Assembly (NCBI GenBank): GCA_963811165.1
Contig: CAWEQH010000004.1
Location: 64,001-128,000 of the forward strand
Reading direction: 5' to 3'
Length of the DNA: 64,000 bases
Source: an uncultured Nitrospiraceae bacterium
GTDB lineage: Bacteria; Nitrospirota; Thermodesulfovibrionia; Thermodesulfovibrionales; UBA6898
The notes under the pieces were generated by a model. The model saw only the letters and a program-made list of their open reading frames with translations. It searched no databases and was not told the DNA's origin. Shown piece after piece: positions 19,772-30,067 of this stretch (positions within the stretch are counted from its first letter, which is position 1; the number at the start of each line of letters is the position of its first letter). Position numbers and translations under genes: made by a program.

Positions 19772-21243
19772 GAATGGATGAAATAATGAAAGGGACCGAA
19801 ATCAGGCGTATCTCCGGAGCGGCAGATGCGGAGGTTGCGGGCGTCGCCTATGATTCGAGAAAGGTGCTGCCCGGGTATCTCTTCGTTGCAGTGCGGGGTG
19901 AGCACGCCGACGGCCACGATTTTATTCAGGACGCAATCAAAAGAGGCGCTGTCGCGGTCGTCTGCGAAAAAGAACCGGCGGATAGTCAGTCTGTTACTGT
20001 TCCGGTGGTCCGCGTGGCTGACAGCAGGGCGGCACTCGCCGCGATATCGAACAGCCTCTACGGAAGACCTTCCGAATCGCTCTGCGGCATAGGCGTGACC
20101 GGCACCAATGGAAAGACGACGACGGCCTATCTGATTAAGTCCGTCCTTGAGTCCTGGGGGAAGAAGGTAGGGCTTATAGGGACGATACAGTATATGATCG
20201 GCGATGAGATCTATGAGGCCGACCATACGACGCCGGAGGCACTTGAGTTTCAGGGGCTCCTCTATCAGATGCTTATGTCGGGTTGTACTCACCTGGTTTC
20301 GGAGGTGTCTTCCCACGCGCTTTCGCAAAGACGTGTCGACGGGACCGTCTTTAGGGCCGGTCTTTTTACGAACCTCACGAGAGACCACCTTGATTTTCAT
20401 AAGACCATGGAGGACTACTTCTGTGCGAAGGAGAGACTGTTTAAGGAGTTGCTTGACGGCGTCGCGATCATCAATTATGACGACCCCTACGGAAGAAGGT
20501 TGCTGTCAGACATGGCACATCAGGGACTGAAGAAGTCTTATAGCTACGGGCTGGAAAAAGGCTCGGACTTTATGGCCGTTGATATCAAGGACTCCTTTGA
20601 GGGATTGCGTTTCAAGATTCTCACTGAAGGCGGAGTATACGAAGCCGAGGCGTCCTTGATGGGTTTGCCTAATGTCTACAATATCCTTGCCGCTGCAGGC
20701 GTATCTGTTGCTTTGGGGGTGCCGTGGGATGTGATACTTAGGGGGATAAAGGATGCGCCGCCCGTGAAAGGTCGTTTCGAACGGATAGACGCAGGACAAA
20801 AATTTCTCGCTATCGTCGATTACGCGCATACCGAAGACGCGCTCGAAAGGCTGATCTATACCGCCCGCGGCCTGACCGAAGGGAAGGTCATCACCGTTTT
20901 CGGCTGCGGGGGTGACAGGGACAGCGGCAAGCGGCCGAGGATGGGGGCCATTGCCACGAGGTTGAGTGATTTTGTGGTCATCACCTCAGACAACCCCAGA
21001 TCGGAAAAACCGGAGAAGATAATACGCGAAATAGAGGCGGGTGCCGCAAAGAGGAACTACCTCGTCGAGCCCGACAGAAGGGAAGCGATAAGGAGGGCTA
21101 TTTTGCTTGCGGGAGATGGCGATATCGTTTTGGTGGCGGGCAAGGGCCATGAAAGTAATCAGGTCGTCGGCGGCAGGAGCTTCCATTTCAGCGACAGGGA
21201 GGTGCTTGAAGAGGCGATAAAGCAGCTGGTCGGCAACGACTAG
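19768..21243 (+). CDS. murE: UDP-MurNAc-tripeptide synthetase (meso-DAP ligase)
   Basis: GTNGKTT, EVSSH, DYAHT, DNPR (DAP specificity), AGKGHE. Confidence 0.97.
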   Translation: MRMDEIMKGTEIRRISGAADAEVAGVAYDSRKVLPGYLFVAVRGEHADGHDFIQDAIKRGAVAVVCEKEPADSQSVTVPVVRVADSRAALAAISNSLYGRPSESLCGIGVTGTNGKTTTAYLIKSVLESWGKKVGLIGTIQYMIGDEIYEADHTTPEALEFQGLLYQMLMSGCTHLVSEVSSHALSQRRVDGTVFRAGLFTNLTRDHLDFHKTMEDYFCAKERLFKELLDGVAIINYDDPYGRRLLSDMAHQGLKKSYSYGLEKGSDFMAVDIKDSFEGLRFKILTEGGVYEAEASLMGLPNVYNILAAAGVSVALGVPWDVILRGIKDAPPVKGRFERIDAGQKFLAIVDYAHTEDALERLIYTARGLTEGKVITVFGCGGDRDSGKRPRMGAIATRLSDFVVITSDNPRSEKPEKIIREIEAGAAKRNYLVEPDRREAIRRAILLAGDGDIVLVAGKGHESNQVVGGRSFHFSDREVLEEAIKQLVGND

Positions 21244-21284
21244 AAATCATCAGATTTTTTTTAGGGGGGCTGTAGGACAACTTA

Positions 21285-22655
21285 ATGAGGCATTTATTAC
21301 TCGATGAAATAGTTAAGGCAACGGGGGGAAAGGTACTCTGCGCCGATAATGCGGAGTTCACCGGCCTGTCCATAGACTCGCGTTCGATAGGTACCGGCGA
21401 GCTCTTCGTTGCCATAAAAGGCGAACGATTTGACGGCCATTCTTTTTTGGGCGATGCGCTCAAAAAGGGAGCAGGCGCACTGGTCGATCACGAACCGGCG
21501 GGACTTTTCGAAGGCAAGACGCTTATCCGTGTCGAAGACACGCTCCATGCGCTCCAGGACATCGCAAGGCAGATGCGTCTTTTAAGAGACGTCCCGGTGG
21601 TGGGCGTTACCGGCACCAACGGAAAGACCACGACAAAGGAACTTGTCGCCTCTGTCCTGGGACAAAGGCGGAAAGTGCTCAAGACGCGGGGGAACCTCAA
21701 CAACCATATCGGGGTGCCCCTATGCATATCCCGCATGGATGGTGATGAAGGGGCGATGGTCATCGAGATGGGCTCAAACGCCGAGGGCGACATACGGCTC
21801 CTCTGTGAGATCGCCCGTCCCGGCATTGCGGTAGTGACGAACGTGGGCCTGGCTCATCTCGAAGGGTTCGGAAGCCTCGAGATGGTGAGGAAGACCGATC
21901 TGGAGATCCTGGAATATGTGAAGACGGTTTCGGTAAACGCCGACGACCGCTTTTTGCTTGAAGGTGTCGAAGGGTTCGGCGGAAAGACAGTCACCTACGG
22001 GATTGAGCGCAAGGCGGATGTCTACGCGGAAGACGTCGAGCTTCATGATACGGGGTCGCGGGTTACGATCTGTTTCCCCGGCGGCGGTACCGTCACGGTG
22101 GATCTCGTTATCTCCGGAATTTGCAATGTATATAACGCGCTCGCTGCGGCCTCTGTCGCACACGAATTAGGCGTGGAGAAACACGAGATAAAGCGCGGGC
22201 TCGAATCGTTCCATGGAGTGCCCATGAGACTTGAGGTGAAGGAACTCTCGGGGGCGCTTGTGATCAGCGATGTATATAACGCAAATCCTTCCTCGATGGA
22301 AGAGGCGGTGAAGGAACTCATCAGATTAAAAAGACGCCGGGCCATCGCAGTGCTCGGAGACATGCTCGAACTCGGCCGGTACGCCGTGTCGGCCCACCGG
22401 GAACTCGTAGAGGGACTGTCCAGGTCGGGGGTCGAAATGCTGATCGCAGTGGGATGCGAGATGAAGAGGGCCGCCTCGGAGTTTGCCGGCACGCACTACG
22501 AAGCGGACGACGCCAGAGGGGCCGGGTCCATACTTTCGGGCATCTTGACTGAAGGAGATACGGTCCTTATAAAGGGATCGAGGGGCATGCAGATGGAAAA
22601 GGTCCTCTCTGAAAACGGTGAAACGGCATCGGGGGCGTGCAAGAATGCTCTATAA
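21285..22655 (+). CDS. murF: UDP-MurNAc-pentapeptide synthetase
   Basis: GTNGKTTTKE, NLNNHIGVP, DVYNANP, GDMLELG, KGSRG. Confidence 0.97.
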   Translation: MRHLLLDEIVKATGGKVLCADNAEFTGLSIDSRSIGTGELFVAIKGERFDGHSFLGDALKKGAGALVDHEPAGLFEGKTLIRVEDTLHALQDIARQMRLLRDVPVVGVTGTNGKTTTKELVASVLGQRRKVLKTRGNLNNHIGVPLCISRMDGDEGAMVIEMGSNAEGDIRLLCEIARPGIAVVTNVGLAHLEGFGSLEMVRKTDLEILEYVKTVSVNADDRFLLEGVEGFGGKTVTYGIERKADVYAEDVELHDTGSRVTICFPGGGTVTVDLVISGICNVYNALAAASVAHELGVEKHEIKRGLESFHGVPMRLEVKELSGALVISDVYNANPSSMEEAVKELIRLKRRRAIAVLGDMLELGRYAVSAHRELVEGLSRSGVEMLIAVGCEMKRAASEFAGTHYEADDARGAGSILSGILTEGDTVLIKGSRGMQMEKVLSENGETASGACKNAL

Positions 22656-23728
22656 ACTCCTTTTCAGGATGCACGATTTTGCCTCTCCCCTAAACGTCTT
22701 TAGGTATATCACTTTCAGGACTGCCCTGGCCGTGATTACGGGGATGCTCCTTTCGTTATTTATAGGACCGAGGATTATCGCGTGGCTTAAGAAGATAAGT
22801 ATAACCCAGCAGATAAGGGACGACGGTCCCCGGTCGCACCTCAAGAAATCCGGGACCCCTACCATGGGCGGCATAATCATCATCGTCTGTATCATCCTGA
22901 CCATACTCATGTGGGGCGACATCGAAAATATGTACGTCTGGGTAATGGTCCTTTCTCTTATCGGCTATGGCGCGATAGGGCTGCTCGACGATTACCTCAA
23001 GGTCATAAAAAAAGAATTCGAAGGGCCTCAGGGCATGGTATAAATTCGGCGCACAGATACTCCTGGCCCTGGCCATAGGGTTGATCCTCTATATGAACCC
23101 GAGGGACCCGTACAGTGATGTGCTCAGTATCCCGTTCTTTAAAAGATGGCTTTTCGACCTGGGCTGGTTCTATATCCCCTTTTCGATACTCGTTATCGTC
23201 GGCTCCTCAAACGCCGTGAATCTTACCGACGGCATCGACGGACTGGCGATAGGGCTTGTGGGCATCGCGCTTCTGGCTAATATGATCCTCGTCTATATCT
23301 CGGGAAATGCGAAGTTCGCGCAGTACCTGCAGGTGCTCTACCTCCCGGGGACCGGTGAGCTTACGGTGGTCTGCGGGGCCATGCTGGGGGCCGCCCTGGG
23401 GTTTCTCTGGTTTAATTCCTACCCCGCCGACGTCTTTATGGGGGACGTCGGCTCCCTGAGTTTGGGCGGCTCACTCGGTACCCTTGCTATCATCACGAAA
23501 CATGAAATAGTCCTTGCCATCGTGGGCGGGATATTCGTAATAGAAACTCTTTCAGTCGTGTTCCAGGTCGCATCTTTCAAACTTACCGGGAAGCGGATCT
23601 TCAAAATGGCCCCGATCCACCATCATTTCGAGCTCGAAGGATGGCATGAATCGAAGGTCATCGTGAGGTTTTGGATCGTCGGCATAATGCTTGCGTTGCT
23701 GAGTCTGGCAACGCTGAAACTGAGGTGA
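22645..23728 (+). CDS. mraY: Phospho-MurNAc-pentapeptide transferase, frameshifted in the A7 run at 23007-23013
   Basis: [38 protein letters not shown]; deleting one A restores [14 protein letters not shown]. Confidence 0.95.
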
Positions 23729-23730
23729 TT

Positions 23731-24864
23731 ATGAGTGTGAAAAGTGAAAAGTTAAAAGTGAATAGTATCACAGTTTCAATTCTGCTCTCACTGAGTATGT
23801 TCTTCCTATCCACTTCAGGTTTGGGTGCAGAGGAGATAAAGTCCCGGGCTGCCGTTGTTATGGACGCCGTGACCGGCAGGGTGCTCTATGCGAAGAACCC
23901 CGACCTTAAACTGCTGCCGGCAAGCACAACGAAGCTTATGACGGCGCTTGTCGTGGTCGAAAAAGCGAAATTGTCCGACGTAACGACGATCAGTAAGAAA
24001 GCGGCAAATACACCGCCGACAAAGGTCGGATTTAAAGAGGGCGATAAAGTCACTTTAGAGACGCTGCTTTACGCCGCCTTGATAAAATCCGCCAACGATG
24101 CGGCCGTGGCACTGGCGGAGGCGGTGGCCGGTTCGGAAGAGGAGTTTGTGACGCTCATGAACAGGAAGGCACTGGCGATCGGCGCAGAAGATACAAAATT
24201 CGTCAACGCAAACGGCCTGCCGGCAGACGGACAGCATATTACCGCCTACGATCTTTCCAAGATCATGAGGCAGGCCATAAAATATCCGGTCCTGAAGGAA
24301 ATACTCGGCACAAGGATGACCGAAGTGGCCACCGAAGCGGGGAAGTCCAAGTTCATCAAGAATACAAACAAGCTGCTATGGTCCGATGAAGAGCTCTTGG
24401 GAGGCAAGACCGGATACACAAGGCAGGCCAGACACTGTTTTGTCTGCGCAGGCGAGCGTGAAAATGAGACGATCATCGTCGCCCTCCTCGGGGCCCCCAA
24501 CAGAGGCCTGCTCTGGAAAGAGTCCGAGGAACTGATGGCCTTCGGTGCGAAGGTCATCAACAAGGGCGAGGAACCGGTGGTTTACCTGACCAGGGACGAC
24601 GAGATGGCGAAGGCGACGAAGGTCTTATACACCGAAAGAAGCGGTTCCGGCGGTGACGGCGAGAAATGGAAGGGCGGAAGAGCCAAATACAGGCATGCCG
24701 CCAAGCATAAGGGCGTTGTCCTGGCGGCAGCGAAAAAGAAGGGGCATAAATCGGTAATCGCCCATCATAAGAGCAAGCATAAGCGGACTGTTAGGGTGGC
24801 TTCAAGGACCAAAAAAATAAAGAAGACTGTAGCAAAACGGGATGAGGATGGAGTTAAGGGATAG
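23731..24864 (+). CDS. D-alanyl-D-alanine carboxypeptidase (peptidase S11) with Lys/His-rich tail
   Basis: PASTTKLMT, SANDAA, GGKTGYT motifs; signal peptide. Confidence 0.92.
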   Translation: MSVKSEKLKVNSITVSILLSLSMFFLSTSGLGAEEIKSRAAVVMDAVTGRVLYAKNPDLKLLPASTTKLMTALVVVEKAKLSDVTTISKKAANTPPTKVGFKEGDKVTLETLLYAALIKSANDAAVALAEAVAGSEEEFVTLMNRKALAIGAEDTKFVNANGLPADGQHITAYDLSKIMRQAIKYPVLKEILGTRMTEVATEAGKSKFIKNTNKLLWSDEELLGGKTGYTRQARHCFVCAGERENETIIVALLGAPNRGLLWKESEELMAFGAKVINKGEEPVVYLTRDDEMAKATKVLYTERSGSGGDGEKWKGGRAKYRHAAKHKGVVLAAAKKKGHKSVIAHHKSKHKRTVRVASRTKKIKKTVAKRDEDGVKG

Positions 24865-26341
24865 GAGAGTAACTGTGGTCGGTCTCGCGAGGTCCGGCGT
24901 GGGCGCTGCGAATTTACTGGCGGGCATGGGCGCAGAGGTTACCGTGACCGATCTCAGGTCGGAGGCTGAATTAGCCGCGGCGGTGAAGAGGCTTGCGCCG
25001 TCGGTGAAACGCGTGCTCGGAGGGCATCCGCAAGAACTCTTTATGTCGGCTCAGATGATCGTCGTAAGCCCGGGCGTCCCGCTTGAGATGAAGCAGATAG
25101 TTTCTGCAAAGGCTGCAGGCATACCGGTCATCGGGGAACTCGAACTTGCATATCAGATAATGGAAACAGTAAAAAGCAAAGAGCATAGAGCAAAGGGCGG
25201 GGAAATAACGCAACGGCCGAAGGGTGAAGATAAAATCCCTTTTCTGGCGGTCACAGGCAGTAACGGAAAATCCACCACCACCACCCTCCTTGAATTGATG
25301 CTCAGAAAAGGCGGCTTTAAGACGTTGCTTGGCGGAAATATAGGCAACGCATTGTCGGAGGAAATTCTTAAAATCGTGAAAGGTGAAACGATAAACGCGA
25401 AGGGAGAGGGAAAGGACGTCAACTTCTTGCGAGATTTTGTCGTCGTCGAGGTGTCTAGTTTCCAGCTCGATTCGATAGACCGGTTCCGCCCGCATATCGC
25501 TACTGTCCTTAACATCACGCCCGACCATCTCGACAGGTATCACTCCATGTCGGAATACCGCAGTTCAAAGGCGAGGATCTCCGAAAACCAGGCCGAAGGC
25601 GATTTCATTTTGCTCAATGCGGACGACCCTGAAACGGCAAAAATCGGGGATGAAAGATCAAGGTCGGCGGCCGGCGGGCCGGATCTGTTTTATTTCAGCC
25701 GCAGCAAGAAGGTAAAGGGCATGTATTACAAGGACGGCCAAATATATTGCAATATCCCGGGTCTCCCAAGTCTTTCCGATCATCCCTTTATCGAAGCCGG
25801 GGAGATAAAGATCAAAGGTGTCCATAACCTGGAGAATGCCATGGCCGCCTCGGCCATGGCTCTCCTTGCAGGTTGCCCAAAACGGGCGGTGATAGAATCC
25901 CTAAGGGAGTTCCCAGGACTTGAGCACCGGCTTGAGTTCGTGCGCGAATTGGACGGAGTCAGATACATAAACGACTCCAAAGGGACAAACGTGGGCGCCG
26001 TGATGAAATCCGTGGAAAGCTTTGACGGCCCCGTGGTCCTCATTGCCGGAGGCAGGGACAAGGCAGGAGACTTTTCGGCCCTGAGGGACCTGGTGTCGCG
26101 CAAGGTCAAGGCGCTTGTGCTCATGGGCGAGGCGGCGGAGAAGATAAAGGGCGCACTTGGAGATGCGACCGACACGGTCATGGCCCGGGACTTAAAAGAC
26201 GCCGTAGCCAGGTGCCGTGAAAAGGCCGCAAAAGGGGACGTGATACTTCTTTCTCCCGCATGTGCGAGTTTCGACATGTTCAGGGATTTCGAGGATAGGG
26301 GAAGGCAGTTCAAAAAAATTGTCGCAGAGCTGGCCGGATGA
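24842..26341 (+). CDS. murD: UDP-MurNAc-L-Ala:D-Glu ligase
   Basis: GLARSG, SPGV, TGSNGKSTT, EVSSFQL, DHLDR, NDSKGTN, SPACASFD. Confidence 0.97.
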   Translation: MRMELRDRRVTVVGLARSGVGAANLLAGMGAEVTVTDLRSEAELAAAVKRLAPSVKRVLGGHPQELFMSAQMIVVSPGVPLEMKQIVSAKAAGIPVIGELELAYQIMETVKSKEHRAKGGEITQRPKGEDKIPFLAVTGSNGKSTTTTLLELMLRKGGFKTLLGGNIGNALSEEILKIVKGETINAKGEGKDVNFLRDFVVVEVSSFQLDSIDRFRPHIATVLNITPDHLDRYHSMSEYRSSKARISENQAEGDFILLNADDPETAKIGDERSRSAAGGPDLFYFSRSKKVKGMYYKDGQIYCNIPGLPSLSDHPFIEAGEIKIKGVHNLENAMAASAMALLAGCPKRAVIESLREFPGLEHRLEFVRELDGVRYINDSKGTNVGAVMKSVESFDGPVVLIAGGRDKAGDFSALRDLVSRKVKALVLMGEAAEKIKGALGDATDTVMARDLKDAVARCREKAAKGDVILLSPACASFDMFRDFEDRGRQFKKIVAELAG

Positions 26342-27546
26342 ATACGGAGACGCATGAGATGAAGGCGCCCGTGGTAAGGTCCTATGACAAAGTACTTTTC
26401 CTTATCATGCTCCTCTTGCTTGCCTTCGGGTCCCTTATGATCTACAGTTCGACGTCGGTGATAACGCCTCTTCTTGCAAAGAGGAACATCACGGAGTTCT
26501 ATTATTTTAAAAGGCACGCCCTCACGATGCTCATTGGAAGTATGATGCTTCTTTTTACCTATTCGTTGAAACCGGCTGTCCTGAAAAAGTTTTCTGTTCC
26601 CCTTCTCGTTTTTTCGTTTGTTCTCCTCTGTCTCGTGTTCCTGCCTCACATCGGGGTGACGGCAGGGGGCGCAAGGAGATGGATCAGGCTTTGGCCGACG
26701 ACCTTCCAGCCCTCGGAACTTGTCAAGCTGGCAATGGTCATATTTCTTGCGAGATATATGTCTTCCCCCGGATACAATACGGAAAGTTTCGGTTCCTTCG
26801 CAAAGCCGATTCTTATCATGGCGGTTTTTCAGCTGGTGTTTCTGAAACAGCCCGATTTCGGCTCAACGATGAGCCTCGCGTTTTTGACGTTCGCACTGCT
26901 TTTCATCTCAGGGATGAGACTGAGGTATATCGCCTCTGTCTTGGTCCTTGCGATTCCGGTCGTCTATAAGCTTGTGATGGAACCCTACCGGCTTAGAAGG
27001 ATTACCTCGTTTCTCAATCCCTGGAAAGACCCCTTGGGCAACGGCTTTCAACTCGTGCAATCGTTTATCTCCTTAGGCAGCGGCGGGATCACAGGGCTCG
27101 GCCTGGGGGAGTCGAAGCAGAAGCTTTCGTTCCTGCCTGCTTCCCACACGGACTTCATCTTTTGTCTCGTCGGAGAAGAGCTGGGGCTTATCGGCGCCTC
27201 GGTCCTGATCGCGCTTTTCATTTTTTTATTCATAAGAGGCATTTCCATAGCCAACAGGTCGAATGATAAGTTCGTCTGCTTCCTTGCATACGGTCTTACC
27301 ATGATGATATCGCTGCAGGCCCTCATCAACTTTGCCGTTGTTACCGGAGTTGTTCCTACAAAAGGTCTCCCCCTGCCCTTCTTAAGTTACGGGGGTTCGG
27401 CACTTCTGGTGAACATGGCTGCCGTCGGCATACTTCTTAGGATATCAAAAGGTGAAGACGAAAAAGTTGTTGAGGAAAACAGCGCGTTAAAGGCCAGGAG
27501 AATTGCGAGACGGAATATATACTCCAGGAAGGGGTACGGCAATTGA
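26338..27546 (+). CDS. ftsW: SEDS glycosyltransferase FtsW
   Basis: GARRWI, FQPSELVK, QPDFG, HTDFIF, PTKGLPLPFLSYGGS. Confidence 0.96.
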   Translation: MNTETHEMKAPVVRSYDKVLFLIMLLLLAFGSLMIYSSTSVITPLLAKRNITEFYYFKRHALTMLIGSMMLLFTYSLKPAVLKKFSVPLLVFSFVLLCLVFLPHIGVTAGGARRWIRLWPTTFQPSELVKLAMVIFLARYMSSPGYNTESFGSFAKPILIMAVFQLVFLKQPDFGSTMSLAFLTFALLFISGMRLRYIASVLVLAIPVVYKLVMEPYRLRRITSFLNPWKDPLGNGFQLVQSFISLGSGGITGLGLGESKQKLSFLPASHTDFIFCLVGEELGLIGASVLIALFIFLFIRGISIANRSNDKFVCFLAYGLTMMISLQALINFAVVTGVVPTKGLPLPFLSYGGSALLVNMAAVGILLRISKGEDEKVVEENSALKARRIARRNIYSRKGYGN

Positions 27547-28686
27547 AGGTGATAATAGCCGGCGGCGGGACGGGCGGACACCTATTTCCAGGGCTTGCTA
27601 TCGCTGAGGAATTCAAGCGGAGGGACGAAAATAACGAAGTGGTTTTTGTCGGTACGGAACACGGCATAGAGGCGAGGATTATTCCGAGGGAGGGATACCC
27701 TATCAGGTTCCTGCGCTCGGAAGGCATAGTCGGGAAGTCCCCGGTTGCGCGCATTAAGGCTACTGGCGAAACTCGTTCTTTCGGCACTTGACGCCCACCG
27801 CATATTGAAGCTTCTGACACCGGATATCGTGATCGGTGTGGGCGGTTACTCTTCGGGTGCGATTGTAATGATCGCCGGACTAAAGTCGATCCCGACGATG
27901 ATCCACGAACAAAACTCGGTCCCCGGTCTCACCAACCGGATACTCGGCAGGATGGTGCAGCGGGTATGCGTGACGTACCATGAAAGCGCCTCGTCATTCC
28001 CGATGGGCAAGACATTTCTGACCGGAAATCCCATCAGGGGGAAGATACTCAGGGGCGACAGGGAGGCCGCATACAGGCTTTTTTCCCTGTCGGAGGACAT
28101 GTTTACCGTCTTCATATTCGGCGGCAGTTCCGGAGCGAGATCGATAAACAGGGCGATGGTCGATGCCCTGAACCATCTGACGGACCTCAAGGACAAGATC
28201 CAGTTCCTGCATCAAACGGGCGACAGGGATTTTGAAAACATACGGGATGCTTACAGGAAGGCGGGAGTGAAGGGCACCGTCGCGCCGTTCATCTACCAGA
28301 TGGCCGAGGCATACGCGGTTGCCGATGTCGTTGTCTCGAGGGCCGGTGCAACGACCCTTGCCGAAATAACGGCGCTCGGGAAACCGGCCATTCTCGTCCC
28401 CTATCCTTATGCTGCCGGCCGTCATCAGGAGTGCAATGCACTTAAGCTCAGGGAGATGGGTGCGGCGTTCATGATGCCCGAAGACGAAATGAGAGGCGAG
28501 ACGCTCGCCAAAAATATCAGAGAGCTTTACGACAACGGGGCGCTGAGGGCGGAGATGCAAAGGTCGAGCCAGGGCCTCGGCAGGCCCGACGCCTGTAGTA
28601 AGATCGTGGACATCGCCATGAGCCTCGTAAGAAGCGAAAAAAAGGAAAAGATGAAATCGAGGGAAAAAGGACGCGCGCGTGTTTGA
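27543..28686 (+). CDS. murG: Lipid II GlcNAc transferase, frameshifted near 27760
   Basis: GGGTGGHLFP in the first ORF; GGY, HEQN, GNPIR, SRAGA in the second ORF. Confidence 0.95.
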
Positions 28687-30067
28687 AAAGTACAAGGTCA
28701 TACATTTTGTGGGAATAGGCGGCGTAGGGATGTCGGGCATTGCGGAGGTGCTTCTGAACCTTGGATACGATGTCACCGGTTCTGACCTGAAGGAATCAGA
28801 CACGACGAAGAGACTGCGCGAAATGGGAATAAGGGTGCACATCGGCCACAGAGGAGAGAATATCGACAGCGCCCATGTCGTAGTCGTATCTTCGGCCGTC
28901 TCCTATGACAATCCGGAAGTTACCGCGGCCCGGGGGCTTAATGTCCCGGTCATCCCCCGCGCCGAGATGCTGGCTGAGCTCGGGAGGCTCAAGTACGGTA
29001 TCCTGGTCGCGGGCGCTCACGGGAAGACGACCACAACATCGCTGATCTCAACCGTCTTGGGAAACGGAGGGTTCGACCCCACGATAATCATCGGAGGAAA
29101 GCTCAAAGCCATCGGCAGCAACGCAAAACTCGGGAAAGGTGATTTCCTTGTCGCCGAAGCGGACGAAAGCGACGGATCCTTCCTGAAACTTTCTCCGACT
29201 ATTGCGGTCGTGACGAACATAGACAGGGAGCATATGGAATTTTTCAAGGAGATGACCCGGCTTAAGGAGGCTTTCCTTTCATTTATCAACAAGGTCCCCT
29301 TTTACGGGGTCTCGCTCATATGCACCGAAAACGAATATATAAGGGAGCTCCTGCCCGACATCCACAGGAGGTTCCTTACCTATGGTCTTTCCGAAGAGGC
29401 GGACATCCGCGCGGCGGACATAGAAAAAGACTTCATGTCCACGAGCTTCGGGGTGATCCGCAAGGGCGGGCTGGTCGGAAGGTTCTCCGTCCCCCTGCCG
29501 GGCATGCATAATGTCTTAAATGCACTGGCCTGTATCGGGGTGGCCCTCGAACTTAAGATGGATGCCTCGAGGATAAAAGAATCGCTGGCCGGCTTCAGCG
29601 GCATACAGAGGCGGTTTGAACTCAAAGGCGAAGCAGGGGGAGTAAGGGTATACGATGATTACGGTCACCATCCCACAGAGATAAGGGCCACCCTGGCCGC
29701 GGCAATGGAGAACATGCGCTACCTCGACGAGGGGGCCAGGCTCTTTGTCGTCTTCCAACCCCACAGGTTTACGAGGACGGCCGACCTCATGGATGAATTC
29801 ATCACCGCCTTGGAGGGCCCTGATCGCGTTTTGCTCTTGGACATTTACCCGGCGGGCGAGAAACCGATCGAAGGAATAACCTCAGGGGCATTATACGAAA
29901 AGATGAAGGGAAAAGGCAGCGGCAACGTTTCCTATTACAAAGAGAAAGAGGAAGCACTCGGGTATCTGGGTAAAGAGATGAAGAGGGGCGATATACTCCT
30001 TACCCTGGGCGCAGGGGATGTCTGGAGACTCGGAGAGAAGGCCCTGGAGAGACTTAATGAAGCGTAA
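28679..30067 (+). CDS. murC: UDP-MurNAc-L-Ala ligase
   Basis: HFVGIGGVGMSG, GAHGKTTTT, EADESD, DDYGHHPTE, FQPHR. Confidence 0.97.
   Translation: MFEKYKVIHFVGIGGVGMSGIAEVLLNLGYDVTGSDLKESDTTKRLREMGIRVHIGHRGENIDSAHVVVVSSAVSYDNPEVTAARGLNVPVIPRAEMLAELGRLKYGILVAGAHGKTTTTSLISTVLGNGGFDPTIIIGGKLKAIGSNAKLGKGDFLVAEADESDGSFLKLSPTIAVVTNIDREHMEFFKEMTRLKEAFLSFINKVPFYGVSLICTENEYIRELLPDIHRRFLTYGLSEEADIRAADIEKDFMSTSFGVIRKGGLVGRFSVPLPGMHNVLNALACIGVALELKMDASRIKESLAGFSGIQRRFELKGEAGGVRVYDDYGHHPTEIRATLAAAMENMRYLDEGARLFVVFQPHRFTRTADLMDEFITALEGPDRVLLLDIYPAGEKPIEGITSGALYEKMKGKGSGNVSYYKEKEEALGYLGKEMKRGDILLTLGAGDVWRLGEKALERLNEA

Noticed and set aside
22981..27790. Programmed frameshifting or phase variation in mraY and murG
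   Set aside because: Essential genes, no stimulatory structure evident, and the same +1 pattern recurs across unrelated genes; assembly error is more parsimonious
25780..28842. Long antisense ORFs (25780..26649, 27994..28842 and similar)
   Set aside because: Shadows of well-supported GC-rich dcw genes on the opposite strand, with no recognisable motifs
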